Positions 37,958 to 52,000 of a stretch of 64,000 nt of DNA are shown one piece after another; the stretch's first letter is position 1, and each line of letters starts with the position of its first letter. Origin of the DNA: Antedon mediterranea (Eukaryota; Animalia; Echinodermata); NCBI RefSeq assembly GCF_964355755.1, contig NC_092670.1, positions 25,406,795-25,470,794 of the forward strand. Reading direction: 5' to 3'. The notes beneath the pieces are model-generated. The model was not told the origin of the DNA and made no database searches. It saw nothing but the letters and a program-made list of their open reading frames with translations. A program made the translations under genes and the position numbers.

Positions 37958-38948
37958 TTTATTCGTTCCATATATAGAACATGTACATGGAAAAATTGTT
38001 TTCCTCGACAGAAAAATATGGTAAAACATTCACAATTACATCATACATAGAACAAATTTACAATTTAACAAGGCCAACAGCCATAAGTCGCGTGCTAAAA
38101 CGCATAGTGATACCGGACCGACAGACAGACCGACCGACCGACATAGTGAACTATAGAGTCGCGTCCACGCGACTAAAAACATTAATTAAAATATCCATCA
38201 ACTGTAAAATTTTAAAATCTATATTGCATGTGCGCTATTATGATCTAACAATCTTTGAGTTATAAATATGAGTTGAATTTGGTACAAAAGACAGTCGGTT
38301 TCTTGACGTATCAGCTCTAGGAGCCCGTAGCCGGCCTGACTTGTTCTTATAAAATCTCATATATAATGGATGTTTCTTATCTTCTAAAATGTTACTTAAT
38401 TTACTTAGGAACTGTTTTTCATAAAGATATTTTAAATCATTAACCGTACAACCAATTGTATTTGATGCTATCTTAGTAATCCTAATGAGACCTTTCTTGT
38501 GTGTTTCATTTAAATTACCGAACCAAGCAATAAAAGAGATAACTAGTACTGATTGAATAACTGTTTCATAGAATAATTTCAAAGTACAACAGCTAACATT
38601 AAATTTATTTAGCTTTCTGAGGAAATATAACCTTTGGTGACCTTTCTTAATTATCTCGGCCGTATTTTTTTCAAAGCTAAGTGGATCATCAATATGTGTA
38701 CCAAGATATTTGGTTTCATGAACACGTTCAATTGTCTGATCATTAACTATCAGAAAACCTTTTTCATTTTTCTTTTTCCTAAAATCCCATATAATTTCTT
38801 TAGTTTTATTAAAATTAATCTTACGGTAATTGTCATTGCACCATGACATTAATTTAACATATTCAGCCTTATACACCTGATCGTCAGTATTTTTCAACAG
38901 ACCAATCAGTACCATGTCATCTGCGTATTTAATTATATGACACATGCT
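37958..38948 (-). mobile_element. Rex1/Babar-like LINE 3' fragment nested in the Gypsy integrase
   Basis: KYADDMVLIGL...KTKEIIWDFRK...KYLG...QRLYFLRKL...FYETVIQSVL. Removal rejoins integrase YILTC|VDRFTRW in frame. Confidence 0.88.
38067..38179 (+). mobile_element. Short HINE/DINE-like element (family A) nested in the LINE 3' UTR
   Basis: aacaaggccaacagccataagtcgcgt...(gaca/gacc)n...gagtcgcgtccacgcgactaaaaa with terminal hairpin. Confidence 0.8.
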
Positions 38949-41900
38949 ACAAGTAAGAATGTATGTATATCCATTTGATACTGGTAAAGGTCCAGCTAAA
39001 TTGATGTGAACGTGCTGAAAACGTTCAGTAGGAGTGTCAAAAGTAAATAACGGTGCACTTGTATGGCGATGAATTTTAGAACGTTGACAATCCAGACATG
39101 ATTTAGCCCAATTGCGTACATCTTTATTAATGTTGGGCCATACATAGCGTTGTGCGATCAGACGTTGTGTTGCCTTAATTCCAGGGTGTGATGATAAAAT
39201 TATTCAATGAGTTAAAATTAGTTCTACGAAATACTAAAGGAAGAAATGGACGTGGCTTACCAGTGGATATATCGCAGGTAATCAATTCGTTGGTGGTTGG
39301 CACTGGCCAAATCTTGCCAAATTAGTGATGTTGACGATGGTTAATTACTATTCCGTAGGTTTCGCAATTTAATATCGGTAGATTGTGCTTTAGCGATAGT
39401 CGCGAAATCCAATAGTGATGATGAGGTTGACAAAGCAGTGACGTCTGCCGCCGCTGAATTGTCGGTGCCTTTGATATGGCGAATATTACTTGTGAATTGT
39501 GCGATAAAATCAAGATGGCGAATTTCTCGTGGTGATTATCGATTAGGTAAATTGTTTAATGAAAAAGTGAGGTGTTTATGATCTGTGAAAACACAGAAAC
39601 AAAAACAAAAAGGTGTCGAAAAGAAAGCAAGTGGTCGCCAGTCATTGTTGTGATATTGTTGCAACACCGCACCTACTGCAGAATGCGAAGCGTCAGTCAT
39701 GAGGCACAATTATGCCTCTGGCTTTGGATGTGTAAGTAGTGTGGCATTTGCGAGGGCGTGTTTGATTACGAGAAAAGATTTGGTAGACTCATCAGTCCAA
39801 ACAAGCTCTTGTTGAGCTTTCTTTCTTTTTTCCTTTGTAGTTGGAGCAGTTGAGGATGAATCGACGATAGAAATTTATTAAACCCAGAAACTCGCGTAGC
39901 TTGGTTAATTGTGAGTTGTGGTTGAGGAAAATCGCGTACAGCGGTGACTTTGGAGTTTATTGGCTGAATTTCATCTGAAGAAACTAAATGTCCCAAAAAT
40001 TCAAGTTGCGATCGGCCAAATAGGCATTTAGATGGGTTAATGATGATGCCGTATTCCTGAAGGCGGTTGAAAAATAGTTTGAGATGTTGTTTATGTTCGC
40101 CATCATTCGTGCTTGCTACTAAAAGGTCATCAATATAATCATATACAAAATCAAAATCGTTGAAAAGATTGAGCTTTACGTAGGCCAAATGGCATCCGCG
40201 TAAATTCAAACAGTACAAAAGGTATGAGAATAGCTGTCTTGCAAATATCCTCCTCGGCCATTGGTATTTGATGATACACTCGCACAAGGACGATTTTTGA
40301 AAATACAGATTTTCCATGGAGGTGAGATGTGTGAAGTCCTGAATGTGTGTGTGGGACAGGATACTTATCTGGGACGGTTACACTGTTGAGGCCTCGATAA
40401 TCACTACATGGACACCAATCGCCTAGTTCCTTCTTGGGAACTATGTGGAGAGGTGAAGCCCAATTACCACTTGAAGGTCTAACAATTCCCAAGTCCACAT
40501 GTGTTGGAATTTGTGTTTAGCAATTTTGAGACGATCAGGTGGTAATCGGCGAGGGCGGGCTGAAACAGGTGGACCATTTGTTACAGTGTGATGCTTGATT
40601 TTGTGGCGTATCGGCGCATCTCTTTGGCGAGGTTTTGAAGACGGTCGCTTCTGGCGTTGGCGTTTTCCGGAGTCGGAAAATTGTCAGTCGTGAAAGTACA
40701 TGGTGTATTCCCCCCGATTCCTACCAGCTTTGCAATACCCTCAATATCCAGTTCATCCTTCGTTGTGTAATGGTGGGAAGGCGACTGAGAAAAAGTTGCC
40801 GCATAACAGATTGTTACCTACTAATTGTAGCATACGACAATATCATTTGACGGCTTGTGGTCACCTAACTCCTCGGCAGTAAGAAGTTGGCGAAGCCGAA
40901 CTTGATAAGGACGGTCCGTCGGAGTGTTGATTAGGAGGTCTCGGACCTCCTGAGCAATTTCTGGCAGTAATGAGCCAACCACGTAGTGGTACTTTGTGAG
41001 TTCAGTGGTAATATGTCATGTGTGGAATTGTGACTCTACCTGCGTAAACCAAATGTCATGTGTGGAATTGTGACTCTACCGCGTAAACCAAATAGCTGGA
41101 TCTTTTGCCTAGAATATGGGCGCAATTTTAAGCTGGCGGCCGAAGAAACCTGTGCTGGCTGGTTAGGTGTTGGGCCGGCGCCTGACGGTTGTGGTGAAGC
41201 CATGCCGAAAAACAAATAATAATCCAATCCAAGTAATAACGAATAGTAATGAAGTTGACGTGTTCGTGTGTCACCATGCAATTTAGTTGTTGTTCAACTC
41301 GATGATAAAACAGACAACAAACTAAGAATGTAGAATTAAACTGTACAATTTTATTGCAAGTGAAAAGATGCAGTAGAGTCGCATATAAAAACACTTGATC
41401 CTCAAATAAAGAAATGCACAGAATACATTACAAAGTACTGGAATTAACAGAGTGTGTAAGTTGCTTGTTTATGATTTGATTAAATAAACTGACTGCTAAA
41501 ATGAGGAGAAGGCACCCTTATTTATATTGTCATACAGGATATGTGGGGGTGCTAATTATGACATCATCGCATAACTTTGAGATAGTTAGTTTTTAGACGA
41601 AACTTAAATGACATCATCGTCATTAAGAAGAAATTTAGATGACATCATATTTGGTATAGCACACAAGTGTCCATGGCAGGTAAATTTATGGTTCCGTTGA
41701 GAGTACCTTAAGTACAAAGGTCTGCATAATGTAAGTAGGTGCTGACTTGTACAAATAATATGTTAACAATTATGTAGAAATAATACTAAAGTATAAAAGT
41801 AAAAATGCATTAAAAATCATGTGGTAGGCTGCTACAATTGTTTACAATATACGTAATGATAGATTCAACTTACTGAATCTGATTTCTTTGCTCTTTTTCA

Positions 41901-42334
41901 GCATTCTTTTCTCCACTTTCTGTGGCTTTCTTCTTTTTGGAGGATGCAACATTCTGCCTTGCTATTGTTGCGGCTTCAGTCTTCAGCATTAGGTGTTTCA
42001 GCTCTACTACCTGAGACAGTGAAGTCTGTTATTGGCCGCATTCCTCTGATACTAGCTTTTTCTGTTATTTTTTCAACTGCTTCCTTCTGCTTAGTTTCCT
42101 TTCTTTTTGTTTGCTTTTTTATTTTCTTGTTTTTTGATTGTTTGTTTTTGTTTTACTTTTAGTTTGTTGAACACTTTGTTAATCTAGGTAGGGGTGGTCC
42201 GGGCCGGGACCGCGACAGAACGAGAACGGGTGGGAACCCTCCAAAGAAATTGCATTTTATTTGTCAGGAATTTGTATAACTTGTTTTTTTTTTTTCGAAT
42301 GCGCCTTGAGCAGTCTTGTGCGCTATAAAAATCC

Positions 42335-42448
<114 letters not shown>

Positions 42449-42728
42449 CCTGTGATACGCCTTCTTGACTCATCCACTAAATAGTATTGTAAGTTTTAAT
42501 TGATCTGGTAGAATTCGGCAATGCAAAGTTATTATTATATTATAACAACTTTTTTCCTGGTGGAACCTATCTTAAAGCTCTCTGAGCTTATTTGAGTTTC
42601 TCCAGATACAAGGCATTAACTATTAATTTGATTCATATTTTGTCAACATATTTTGAATTTTGCTTTGTGTAAATAAATTATTGAATGAATGATTGAATGA
42701 AAGTTAAAAACAACCGTTTTAGAGACTC

Positions 42729-42778
42729 TTTTTTAGTCGCGTGGAAGCGACTCTATAGTTCACTAAGTCGGTCGGTCG

Positions 42779-42817
<39 letters not shown>

Positions 42818-43571
42818 GGTCTGTCTGTCGGTCTGTCTGTCGGTCTGTCTGTCTGTCTGTCGGTCCGGTATCACTATGCGTTTTATCGCTTTATGACCTT
42901 ATCTTGATATCAGTTTAATCTAGCTAAGTCAATTTTTCACAGAATATTCCTTATGGCCAGGAATCGATGTGGTTATGTTTTCACGGTGCGCAATAAAAAA
43001 TTACGCGGTCTACGCACGATTTAACGAAATCACGTTTGTAATCATATCTTAACAACCATGAATCACAATTAAATAAAATTTGGTACTCATAAATTTCAGG
43101 GCATAAATCATCATATGGCAATACAATTACGTGCGTAGCGCATGTAACGCATGCGTACGCGCGCTTAAAATTTTCAAAATTTATTTTCGATGAAATAAGA
43201 GTACGTTTCAGGCAATTTTAAGCGTTTACAAAATTGCCATGAGTGCGCAGATTTTTGCGCGCGCACTGCGCGTTAAATGTTATTGCGCACAATTTTTGCC
43301 CGATTTCTGTTTTCTTGACTTAATTTTCAACTCGAAATTACGTTATACGAGCACGTCAAATGTGACAGGCTACGCACGTGTAAATTAAAAAAATATAAAT
43401 GTTTTTAAACATTTCAACATTTTTAAACATGTTCAGTAATTTCGGTCAGTATAGTTCACTATGTCGGTCGGTCCGTCTGTCTGTCGGTCTGTCTGTCTGT
43501 CGGTCTGTTTGTCTGTCGGTCCGGTATCACTATGCATTGTAGCACGCGACTTAATGGCTGTTGGCCTTGTT
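42729..43571 (-). mobile_element. Long HINE/DINE-like element (family A, ~840 bp)
   Basis: TTTTTAGTCGCG hairpin start, (GTCT/GTCG)n tracts, duplicated core block and GGCCTTGTT end. Same termini as the short copies. Confidence 0.82.
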
Positions 43572-44419
43572 CCTATATGCTTGTCATCTATAATGTACAT
43601 TTTTCAAGATAATTAGTTAAGGTGTTACGTTTTTATATTGTGTTTTAAATTGTTTTGTATCTATGTTTCTAAGCTCAGCAAAACAAATGTCATGTATGTA
43701 ATATTATGAGACAATAAATTGAATCTTGAATCTTGACTATTGGATGTCACACTTTCAAATGCTTCCTCCATGATTTCTTGCACTTTACCATCTAGTTCCA
43801 ATGGATCTGTGCGGCGTTTTTAGGGTTTGTGTAGGTTTGTTTAGTAGATCATTCAAGACTTCCAAAACAGATTTTGCTTTTGTTGTGTCTTCATGTTCCT
43901 TGTTGTCACTGCCGGTATTTGGTTCTGTGAAACATTCATCTTCCTTTTCATCATACACATTCCTGTTCATTATCAACCTCAACGATATTTTTGTTAACTA
44001 TAGTAGATGTTTGCTTCATTTCTGTTATTGCATTATCGTTTTGTATATAGGCTTTATTTGTTACCGGTTTCATTACACGAGTGACATGTTACTAAAGCTA
44101 GTCTTTTTGGGCAGGAGTTTATTTTATGTGCATGGAGAACACATTCATAACATCTTAGCTCAAATTTGATCCTTATGGAATATTCTTGCGTTAAAGTTGT
44201 TAATTTTGCAGAATCTTGGCAAGCTATATCTTTAAACGGTTCGACAAATATAGCCCGATCACTGTTTAAAAAGCGTGAACGCTTTCGGAGACATAACTAT
44301 AGAACCAATACCATATCCCTGCACGTATTAAATGTGATTGCATTTCCGCCATGTTCGCATAGAACAATAACATTTATTTATTATGGTGGCACTATATTAT
44401 ATGGAGCGCCATGTAGGCA

Positions 44420-45900
44420 TTAAGCCAATCTAGATATTACAACATCAACAGAAGTTTTGACCAATGATGCGTATAATAGTGGCTAAAATGGGACACACGA
44501 TCTACCGTTCATAAATCCATGCTGGTAAAGAGTAATGAATAACTATCAAGGTGCAATAGCAAATGCTTATTTACAACCTTTTCAAGCAACTTACCAACAA
44601 TGGAACATAGAGAGATTGGACGGTAATTTGTCATCAATAGCACCGGATTATGGATATGAATCACATTGGCCTTCTTCCAGTCGTTGGGAATGGTATCAGT
44701 TGAGAGAGATAGGTTAAATAATTTTGAAAGCGGCTCAGCAATAAATGTTGAAGTTATACTGTCTTGACCTGGTGATTTACCAAGTATATGAGTAGCAATA
44801 CCTCCTCAGGAAAAGTGCGGACTTCCTTGAGAGGAAGAAAGCCAACGTGATTGCTGCAATATCTGTGAAATCATTGTAAGGCAGCTGAGTAGGCCTATCT
44901 GCAGTAAAATTAGATGAAAAATAATCATTGAAACTGTTTTCAATCTTAGTAGTACCGTCAATTAAAACATTAAAGAAAGTGGAAGCAGGTTGAACAAACG
45001 ACCAGAAGGCTTTACCATTGTCAGTAGTTCTCTTAGCTATTTCTGAGATATAATTATAAAAAGATTTCCTGATCTCAAAGATTACCTTTTCTAAACGATT
45101 TGTAGGAGGTCCATTTATTAGGATTATTTGAACGTTTGGCATTTTGATTGTCCTTTTTACAAATGATTTTAGTTAACTATGAGGTTCTCCAAGGCTTATT
45201 AGGCTTACCCCTGGCCTAGTCATATGAACAACTTTATGTATTATCTCAAGAAATCGTGTTTTAAATAGGTTCCAGGATGAGTAATTATTATTATTATTAT
45301 TAATGTTTGATTCGTCAGAAATATCAAAGATATCATCCGAGTTTATATTCGATAAAGCACCAATACATTCGGCCACATTCATCGTAGAATATTTAAAGAA
45401 ATGACCATGTGGTAAAGAATATATGTACTGACAGTAATTAAAGTTAAATGAGACCATTAACCCATCATGGTCGCTCACGATCCCAGGATTAGGAGTGATG
45501 CTATTATTCAAGTAAATTTTCTTTTGGATGATCCAAATAAAAATCGTAAAACTTACATGTTTTACTCTAGCTTTTTACTAATCTTAAGTGATGCTATATT
45601 GATATAGTTACCATTGTTCGTATACAGATGGTCAATTATTGTACCATTTCCATTGATATCATTTCGTCTTGAGACGAAATCAACCATCAGGGTCAGGTTA
45701 AGAGAAGACATTGTGCCATCTAAATGGTTTAATAGATGTTAGCGACATTATTGTTCAAATTCGTGGTGTCAATGTTAATGTCCCCTACTAGAAATGTTGC
45801 ACTAAACAGGTCAAAGCTTTCCTGAAGCTTGTCAAAAAACACACTTTGGCATTGGAGGACGATATAAACTGCCTAAGAGAAATTTGCCTTTTTTGGTGTA
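44420..45900 (-). mobile_element. Highly degenerate CR1-group LINE (APE to RT N-terminal part)
   Basis: Remnant motifs LYRPPN, LVGDINID, TIIDHLYT, VSDHDGL, KAFWSFV, FNLSLSTDTIPNDWKKANV and QHGFMNGRSC across broken frames. Confidence 0.7.
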
Positions 45901-45949
45901 TAAGTACTCACTCCATAATATTTCCAGGCCATCAACACAGTATTTGATT

Positions 45950-46677
45950 GCGATGCCACTTTTTTTTTTCAATTCTCTTTTTAGGGATTTTATTCAAACA
46001 TATATAGGCATCAGGCCCTTTTATTTTACAAAAGTAAGTAACATGGGTTGCATAATATTTTTTTTTTTCGTGAGCAATAAAAACAAAATTTGCGACCTCT
46101 CCTGTAATGTTTTTGTTATTCATTAATAGTTAACTAAGGAAATGAACAATAAAACTTAGGAATATATTTGGTTCTGATATTTCTATAGAAAGGATAAATT
46201 AACATAAAGTGAATTTTATCTTCTATTAAACTTAAATTACAAACTTTACATAAACGTTCTTCGGGTGGAACTTTGTTCCATCTGCCCTTTTCAACTTCGA
46301 GATCTAGAACGCCTAAACGAAAGTTTGTTGTAACTCTCTTACGTTTCCTATCTGTAATATTTAATAAATGATAACTTAATTCAATCTCTGATTTAAACAA
46401 TTTTAAATACTTCAATTTTAATGAATTTTAAACTGCTCAACATAGTTTTTTTTTGTCTAAATCCCTGAGTCTAAGTTTAAAATCATTAATAAATTTATAT
46501 TTGTTTTCCACTTTCTGGTCGTACCAGACGTAGCCATAGCCAGTGGAACAAAGCAGATCTTTTACTTGTTTGACCCAACACAGGTCATTTCTATTAGTTT
46601 TTCTTAGTTGAAACGTATAACATTTAAAAAGAAATCTATTTTTATCCATTTCAATGATACGTAACCAAAATAATATA
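45950..46677 (-). mobile_element. LINE ORF2 C-terminal fragment (RTEX-like)
   Basis: WVKQVKDLLCSTGYGYVW...FRLGVLDLEVEKGRW...ERLCKVCNL..IEDKIHF. Confidence 0.75.
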
Positions 46678-47201
46678 AACTAGAGGGTACTCCGAGAGTA
46701 CAAACCTCCGCCTACTGTAAAATTCCCCTACATAAAATGCCCCCTGAATATTTTTTTTTAAACATTTTTTTTATTAGTTCTAAGTGTAAATATGTTAACT
46801 GCACACTACAAAGTTGTGGATGACAGTGTGGTGTAATGGTTATGTATCCAGCCTCTCACAGTTGAGGTCGCTGGTTTCAAGCCCCACTGAGGGTTTTTTT
46901 TTTTTTATTATTTTTTTTTTTTTTACTTTTTTTTTTTTGTGGACCTTGATCTTTGACCCTGACCCTTCAAAATGTAACCACAATTATATGATGTCTCATT
47001 GATCATTGTGGCTAAGTTTGGTGAGAATCGGATCAAAACTGTGGTCTCTAGGCAGTAAAATAGTTTTTTGTTAGTTGTGACCTTGACCTATGACCTTTCC
47101 CCTCAAACTCGTCCGAGCTTTTTGGGCATAGATCATTGTGTCCAAATTTGGTTAGAATCGGATAAAAACTGTGGCCTCCAGGCTGTTCACAGACACACAC
47201 A

Positions 47202-47241
<40 letters not shown>

Positions 47242-47280
47242 TACAGGGGTGAAAACATAACCTCCTTGGCGGAGGTAATA
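46678..47280 (-). mobile_element. HINE/DINE-like element (family B) with (GT)n tract and internal tRNA-like sequence
   Basis: ttattacctccgccaaggaggttatgttttc start, (GT)n, aaggtcaaggtcac core, subterminal ACCTCCGCC inverted repeat (46706/47268) and end hairpin gtactc..gagtac...ctagttt. Confidence 0.78.
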
Positions 47281-47403
47281 AAGCAATCAATTTGTAAGGA
47301 TAGTCTGCCTAATTCAGATCTGACAGCTGGGTGCGCCGCGTTTCCAATGGCTAAAATAAATCTTGAAAATCGGTGCTTTGCGCACATTGACTCGTTCTTG
47401 GTC

Positions 47404-48318
47404 TGTCACGCCAAAATCAGTCCGGGCCAAAATCGGTCCGGCGGACCAGTTTTGGCTGCCAAAATCAGTCCGGGGGACCATTTATGGCTGCCAAAACCTG
47501 TCCGGCCGGACCAATTTTGGCCGCCAAAACTGGTCCGGCCTGGATAAAATTGGTCCGGGCGGTAGGACTGTTTTTGGCCGCCAAATATGGTCCGGTCTTA
47601 CAAATATATGGTGCGCAATATGAGTCATAATGTATATATCATTAAAAAAAAAGGCCATGATTAGTCATTATATTGAAAACTATGGGGTTTTATTTGTTAT
47701 TTTAATATTATAAATTAAGCCTGTTTTTTTATTATCATTATTAGTAGTAACTCATCAATAATAAGTACTAATTGTTAGGCTTTTTGTATACAATATGTAT
47801 CTCTGCCTGTTTTTAATCCATTTTGTTCTTTTTTAACATCTTCGTTTCCCCATGATGTTAAAAACAATTTAATTTATTAATTATTTATGGTTAATCAATC
47901 AATATATCAATTCAATACAATTATTAGAAAAAAATTATCCAATATTGATTAGGCTGAGGAAAAGGAAAAAGGCCTCAATCATAAATCAAATCTAGCTGGC
48001 AATATCAGCGTCTCATACCCATTCATGTGAGTGTGTGGCAGGCCGAAATATGAGTGAACACCTAAGTCATGTTTTTAGATAAAATACATTTATTTATAGT
48101 ATTTATCCGACAAGATAACTTACTAATATATATCATGGGATATTTTTATAGCCATAAACAATTTAAAACAGCATCATAGGCCTAGTAATTCAATTAAAAT
48201 CGACAGAAGAAAAGCCCGGACCGATTTTGGCAGTGGCGGACTGCTTTTGGCCACAATTTTAGAGCCAAAACTGGTCCGGCCGGACCGATTTTGGCCCCGG
48301 ACCATATTTATCATGACA
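47404..48318. mobile_element. Ginger-like non-autonomous DNA transposon (915 bp)
   Basis: TGTCA...TGACA ends with 4-bp TSD GGTC on both sides. Subterminal arrays of CCAAAA..GGTCCGG repeats. Confidence 0.82.
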
Positions 48319-49092
48319 GGTCCTGTACGTGTACATTATATTCGATGTCTCCTGGTGTGTGCTGAATTGATAGGCGCTGCACTGCTGGACGCCGTGGGTC
48401 CGTGGAGGGCCTAATCCAAATTTCCTTAGTTTCCAGTTAAGCTTGAGGACCAAGAATAATACATTTTAACAAATAGTATTTATATATTATATTTATATTT
48501 ATAAAAAATCAAGATTTAAAATGAGAGCCATGTACAAATCCGGCGAACGAAATTACTGGTAGAACTAAAAAACTAAAAAGTAAAGATTTAAAACAATATG
48601 GGTACAAATATTTTACATTTATTTTAGGTATTGAAAGAACTCGAAGTTTATTTACATTCCAGTACGAATATCTTAATTTATTAAACTCTTTAAAATTAAC
48701 TTAAATACGCCAAAAAAAAATCGCACGCAACGGCAACTTGTTGAGTAAAATACACTGCCATAAAGTACCGTAAGTTTGTTTTGCAATTTATTCAATGCAG
48801 TAATAGTATAACGCGCAATTTTAAATGCGTGCACGTCGCACTCTAGCGACAAAAACGAAATGAACGCAATTGTGAGAGTGCTTGATCGATAATGTATAAG
48901 TAAAATATACCCTTAAAACAATATTCTAATATTTATCTTCCATCCATTGGCTGTGCTCTCACAATTTATTTTGAAATGCCAACTGTTGTAATCCTTAAAG
49001 AGAAATAAATATTTGTTACTACAACTTGTATTAATTGATACTACAGTATGAGACTGCACGTCAAACGCGTGATAGAACTCGTTTAAAGCATA

Positions 49093-52000
49093 TAGACTAG
49101 GCTATGAATGAGGTAGGTGCCACCCGGAGAGGTAGAAATTCTCATATGACTTTTCTAGACCAGTTTTTTCTGGGGAATCCAAATATATTGGGTAAACGGG
49201 CTGTAACCTGCGAACTTTCGCGTGAGGGCGCTTTTTTCAAAATGGCTGCCAGTTACAGTAGACTATGATATCTTGGCAACCACTGGTCATAGAGAGTTGA
49301 TTTTGGTGTCAAATTGTTCGGAATGTACATGTTCCTATTTGATGTAATAGAACATTTTGTCAGAAAATGGCCGGAAACACCTCTATTGACCTTTGACCCA
49401 ATATCTAACAGATATCATATCTTCGTAACTACTCGACACAGAAAGTTGTAATTGGTGTCAAACTCTCCAGAATATAGATGTTTATATTCAAACTAATAGA
49501 ACATTATCTGTAAAAATGACCGGAAATAACGTTACTGACCTTTGACCCAAAATGCAAGACATTTCTCCCATCTGATCACGTTAATCTTGTCAATTAATTC
49601 ATTTTGTGCCAATTGGAGGTTGACATTCTCATATTATTTTCTGGACCAGTTTTTCATGTGCAATCCGAATATATGAGATAAATAAGCCATAACAAGGCCA
49701 AGAATTTAATTCTCTTTTACTACATATATGCTTCCCTTTAGTGTTTCAGACTGTATGTCGTGTATTAATCTTCAAGATCGCTCACATCACTGCAATCTGA
49801 AAAGTCTTCATATTCATTATGTGTAAACAGTTCCTGGACATCAGTGGGAATCACTGTCTCAATCCATTTAGGCTCCATTTGTTCGTTCCATCCATTGTGT
49901 GTACTGTTGTTGACAAAATCATTGACGTCTGCTGATTGCCATTCTTTAGTAATGAAGTTTGCTCTAAGTATATGAAACTCAAGGGTCTGCTGACATAGTG
50001 GCAGTAATGATATATCTGTAATCTTGTTGTGTCTGGAAAACTTTCTGTTGAAGATATCATATCTTGCTTGATTTACACTTTCCCCCTTCACTCCATACAA
50101 TAGTGAAACATACTCTTCAAATTCCTCATACAACTCTCTTGATGGAACATCTGACACTCCAAGGTTGCAGAATGCGTCAACAAATTTTGCTTTTGATTCC
50201 AGAAGCTTCCAGCAGGTACGTTTTCCTTTCCGAAAGAAAGCGGAGTTATAATCGTTACCTGTGAAAGCATGGAATCCAATAAGGGATGATTTCTGCGCTT
50301 TTGTTAAATCAATGTCACTCAATTTCAGTACCTTTCGGTATTTCCCAGTATCATGTATCAGTATCATGTATCAGTATCATGTATCAATAATTACCCTCTG
50401 CCCATCATCTATGAAATGAGATAGTGCAATGACTGGAATATCAATGTCTCCAGAATGGGAACGAATTATTGCTACGCCTTGATTGTTATTTGTTAAAGCA
50501 TGCTTTGCATGCAGGATGACTTTCGTGTAGGCTTCTTCTTCCGGCTACTATTAAGCTCCGGAACCAATACAACATCTCAGTTAGTAACGTAGATGCATTC
50601 TTTGTACGATGAAAAGTAGGTAACATCAATCCTCATATCTGTTAGAATGCTTTCTTTCTTTGATACTAGTACACAGCGAATAAGCTCAATCAATCTGGTC
50701 TTGTTCTCGCCGTTGGCAAGGAAATTGTTGAAATCACGGCCAACTTTGATATTGTTGAGCTTACAATTACTTTTGGTGCAATACCGCGTATGTTTCTCTC
50801 AACAGACTTAATGCTTTTTGGCAGGTATGCATCGGTAACAATATCAACACGCTTGTATCCTTTAGGGATGCTGTTGAAAACCTTTGCTACAAGATCCTCG
50901 TACGTATCAGGGTAAGATGTAAATGTTCTGATTAATGCCATCAAGTCAACAACATAGGCAATGACAGCTATAGCCTTTGCTGGCAGTGCCCGACCAGGAT
51001 CTATAACATCTGTTGAACTTTCGATGAGAATTTCCATTAGGACACTTTTCTGAGTTGTTCGTCTTGTCCCATCTGCATTAGCAAGGCTTAGCGGGACAGG
51101 GGTAAGTGGATACTCAAAGGCTTTCTTAAAGTCAATTATTCTACCATGCTTTGTTGAGGTGGCAAGAAGCTTTCCTAAAACATCCCGATTAGCTTATATT
51201 ACTTTTACTTTCCCATTTGCCTTGATTTCTAGTTTCTTCCCACTATTCGAAAATAAAGTGAGATGATGTTATGGATCCTGGTCGAGCACTGCGAGAAACA
51301 GACGCGGTATTGCACCAAAAGTAATTGTAAGCTCAAAAATATCAAAGTTGCCCCGTGATTTCAACAATTTCCTTGCCAACGGCGAGAACAAGACCAGATT
51401 GATTGAGCTTATTCGCTGTGTACTAGTGTCAAAGAAAGAAAGCATTCTAACAGATATGAGGAGTGATGTTATTTACTTTTCATCGTACAAAGAATGCATC
51501 TACGTTACTAAACGGAGATGTTGTATTGGTTCCGGAGCTTAATAGTAGCCAAGAAGAAGCCGACACGAAAGTCATCCTGCATGCAAAGCATGCTTTAACA
51601 CTGATAACAATCAAGGCGTAGCAATAATTCGTTCCCATTCTGGAGACATTGACATTCCAGTCATTTCACTATCTCATTTCATAGATGATGGGCAGAGGGT
51701 AATTATTGATACAAACACTGGGAAATACCGAAATGTACTGAAATTGAGTGACATTGATTTAACAAAAGCGCAGAAATCATCCCTTATTGGATTCCATGCT
51801 TTCACAGGTAACGAGTATAACTCCGCTTTCGTTCGGAAAGGAAAACGTACCTGCTGGAAGCTTCTGGAATCAAAAGCAACATTTGTTGACACATTCTGCA
51901 ACCTTGGAGTGTCAGATGTTCCATCAAAAGAGTTGTATGAGGAACTTGAAGAGTATGTTTCACCATTGTATGGAGTGAAGGGGAAAAGTGTAAATCAAGT

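Larger units (their letters stand above)
37372..41432 (-). mobile_element. Degenerate Gypsy/Ty3 LTR retrotransposon
   Basis: 5' LTR 41432-41277 (TGTAA...TGCA) followed by PBS TGGTGAC; 3' LTR ~37512-37372. gag-like SLKL..DPAIWF. RT WASPLHIVPKK, DYRGLN, RMPFGL, YIDDLLV, FLGH. RNase H, and integrase HPGIKAT...CLDCQ...GPLP...VDRFTRWPEA. Many frameshifts and deletions. Confidence 0.93.

Noticed and set aside
47048-47623. Overlapping ORFs up to 159 aa
   Set aside because: They run through (CA)n and GC-rich transposon subterminal repeats that lack stop codons by chance.
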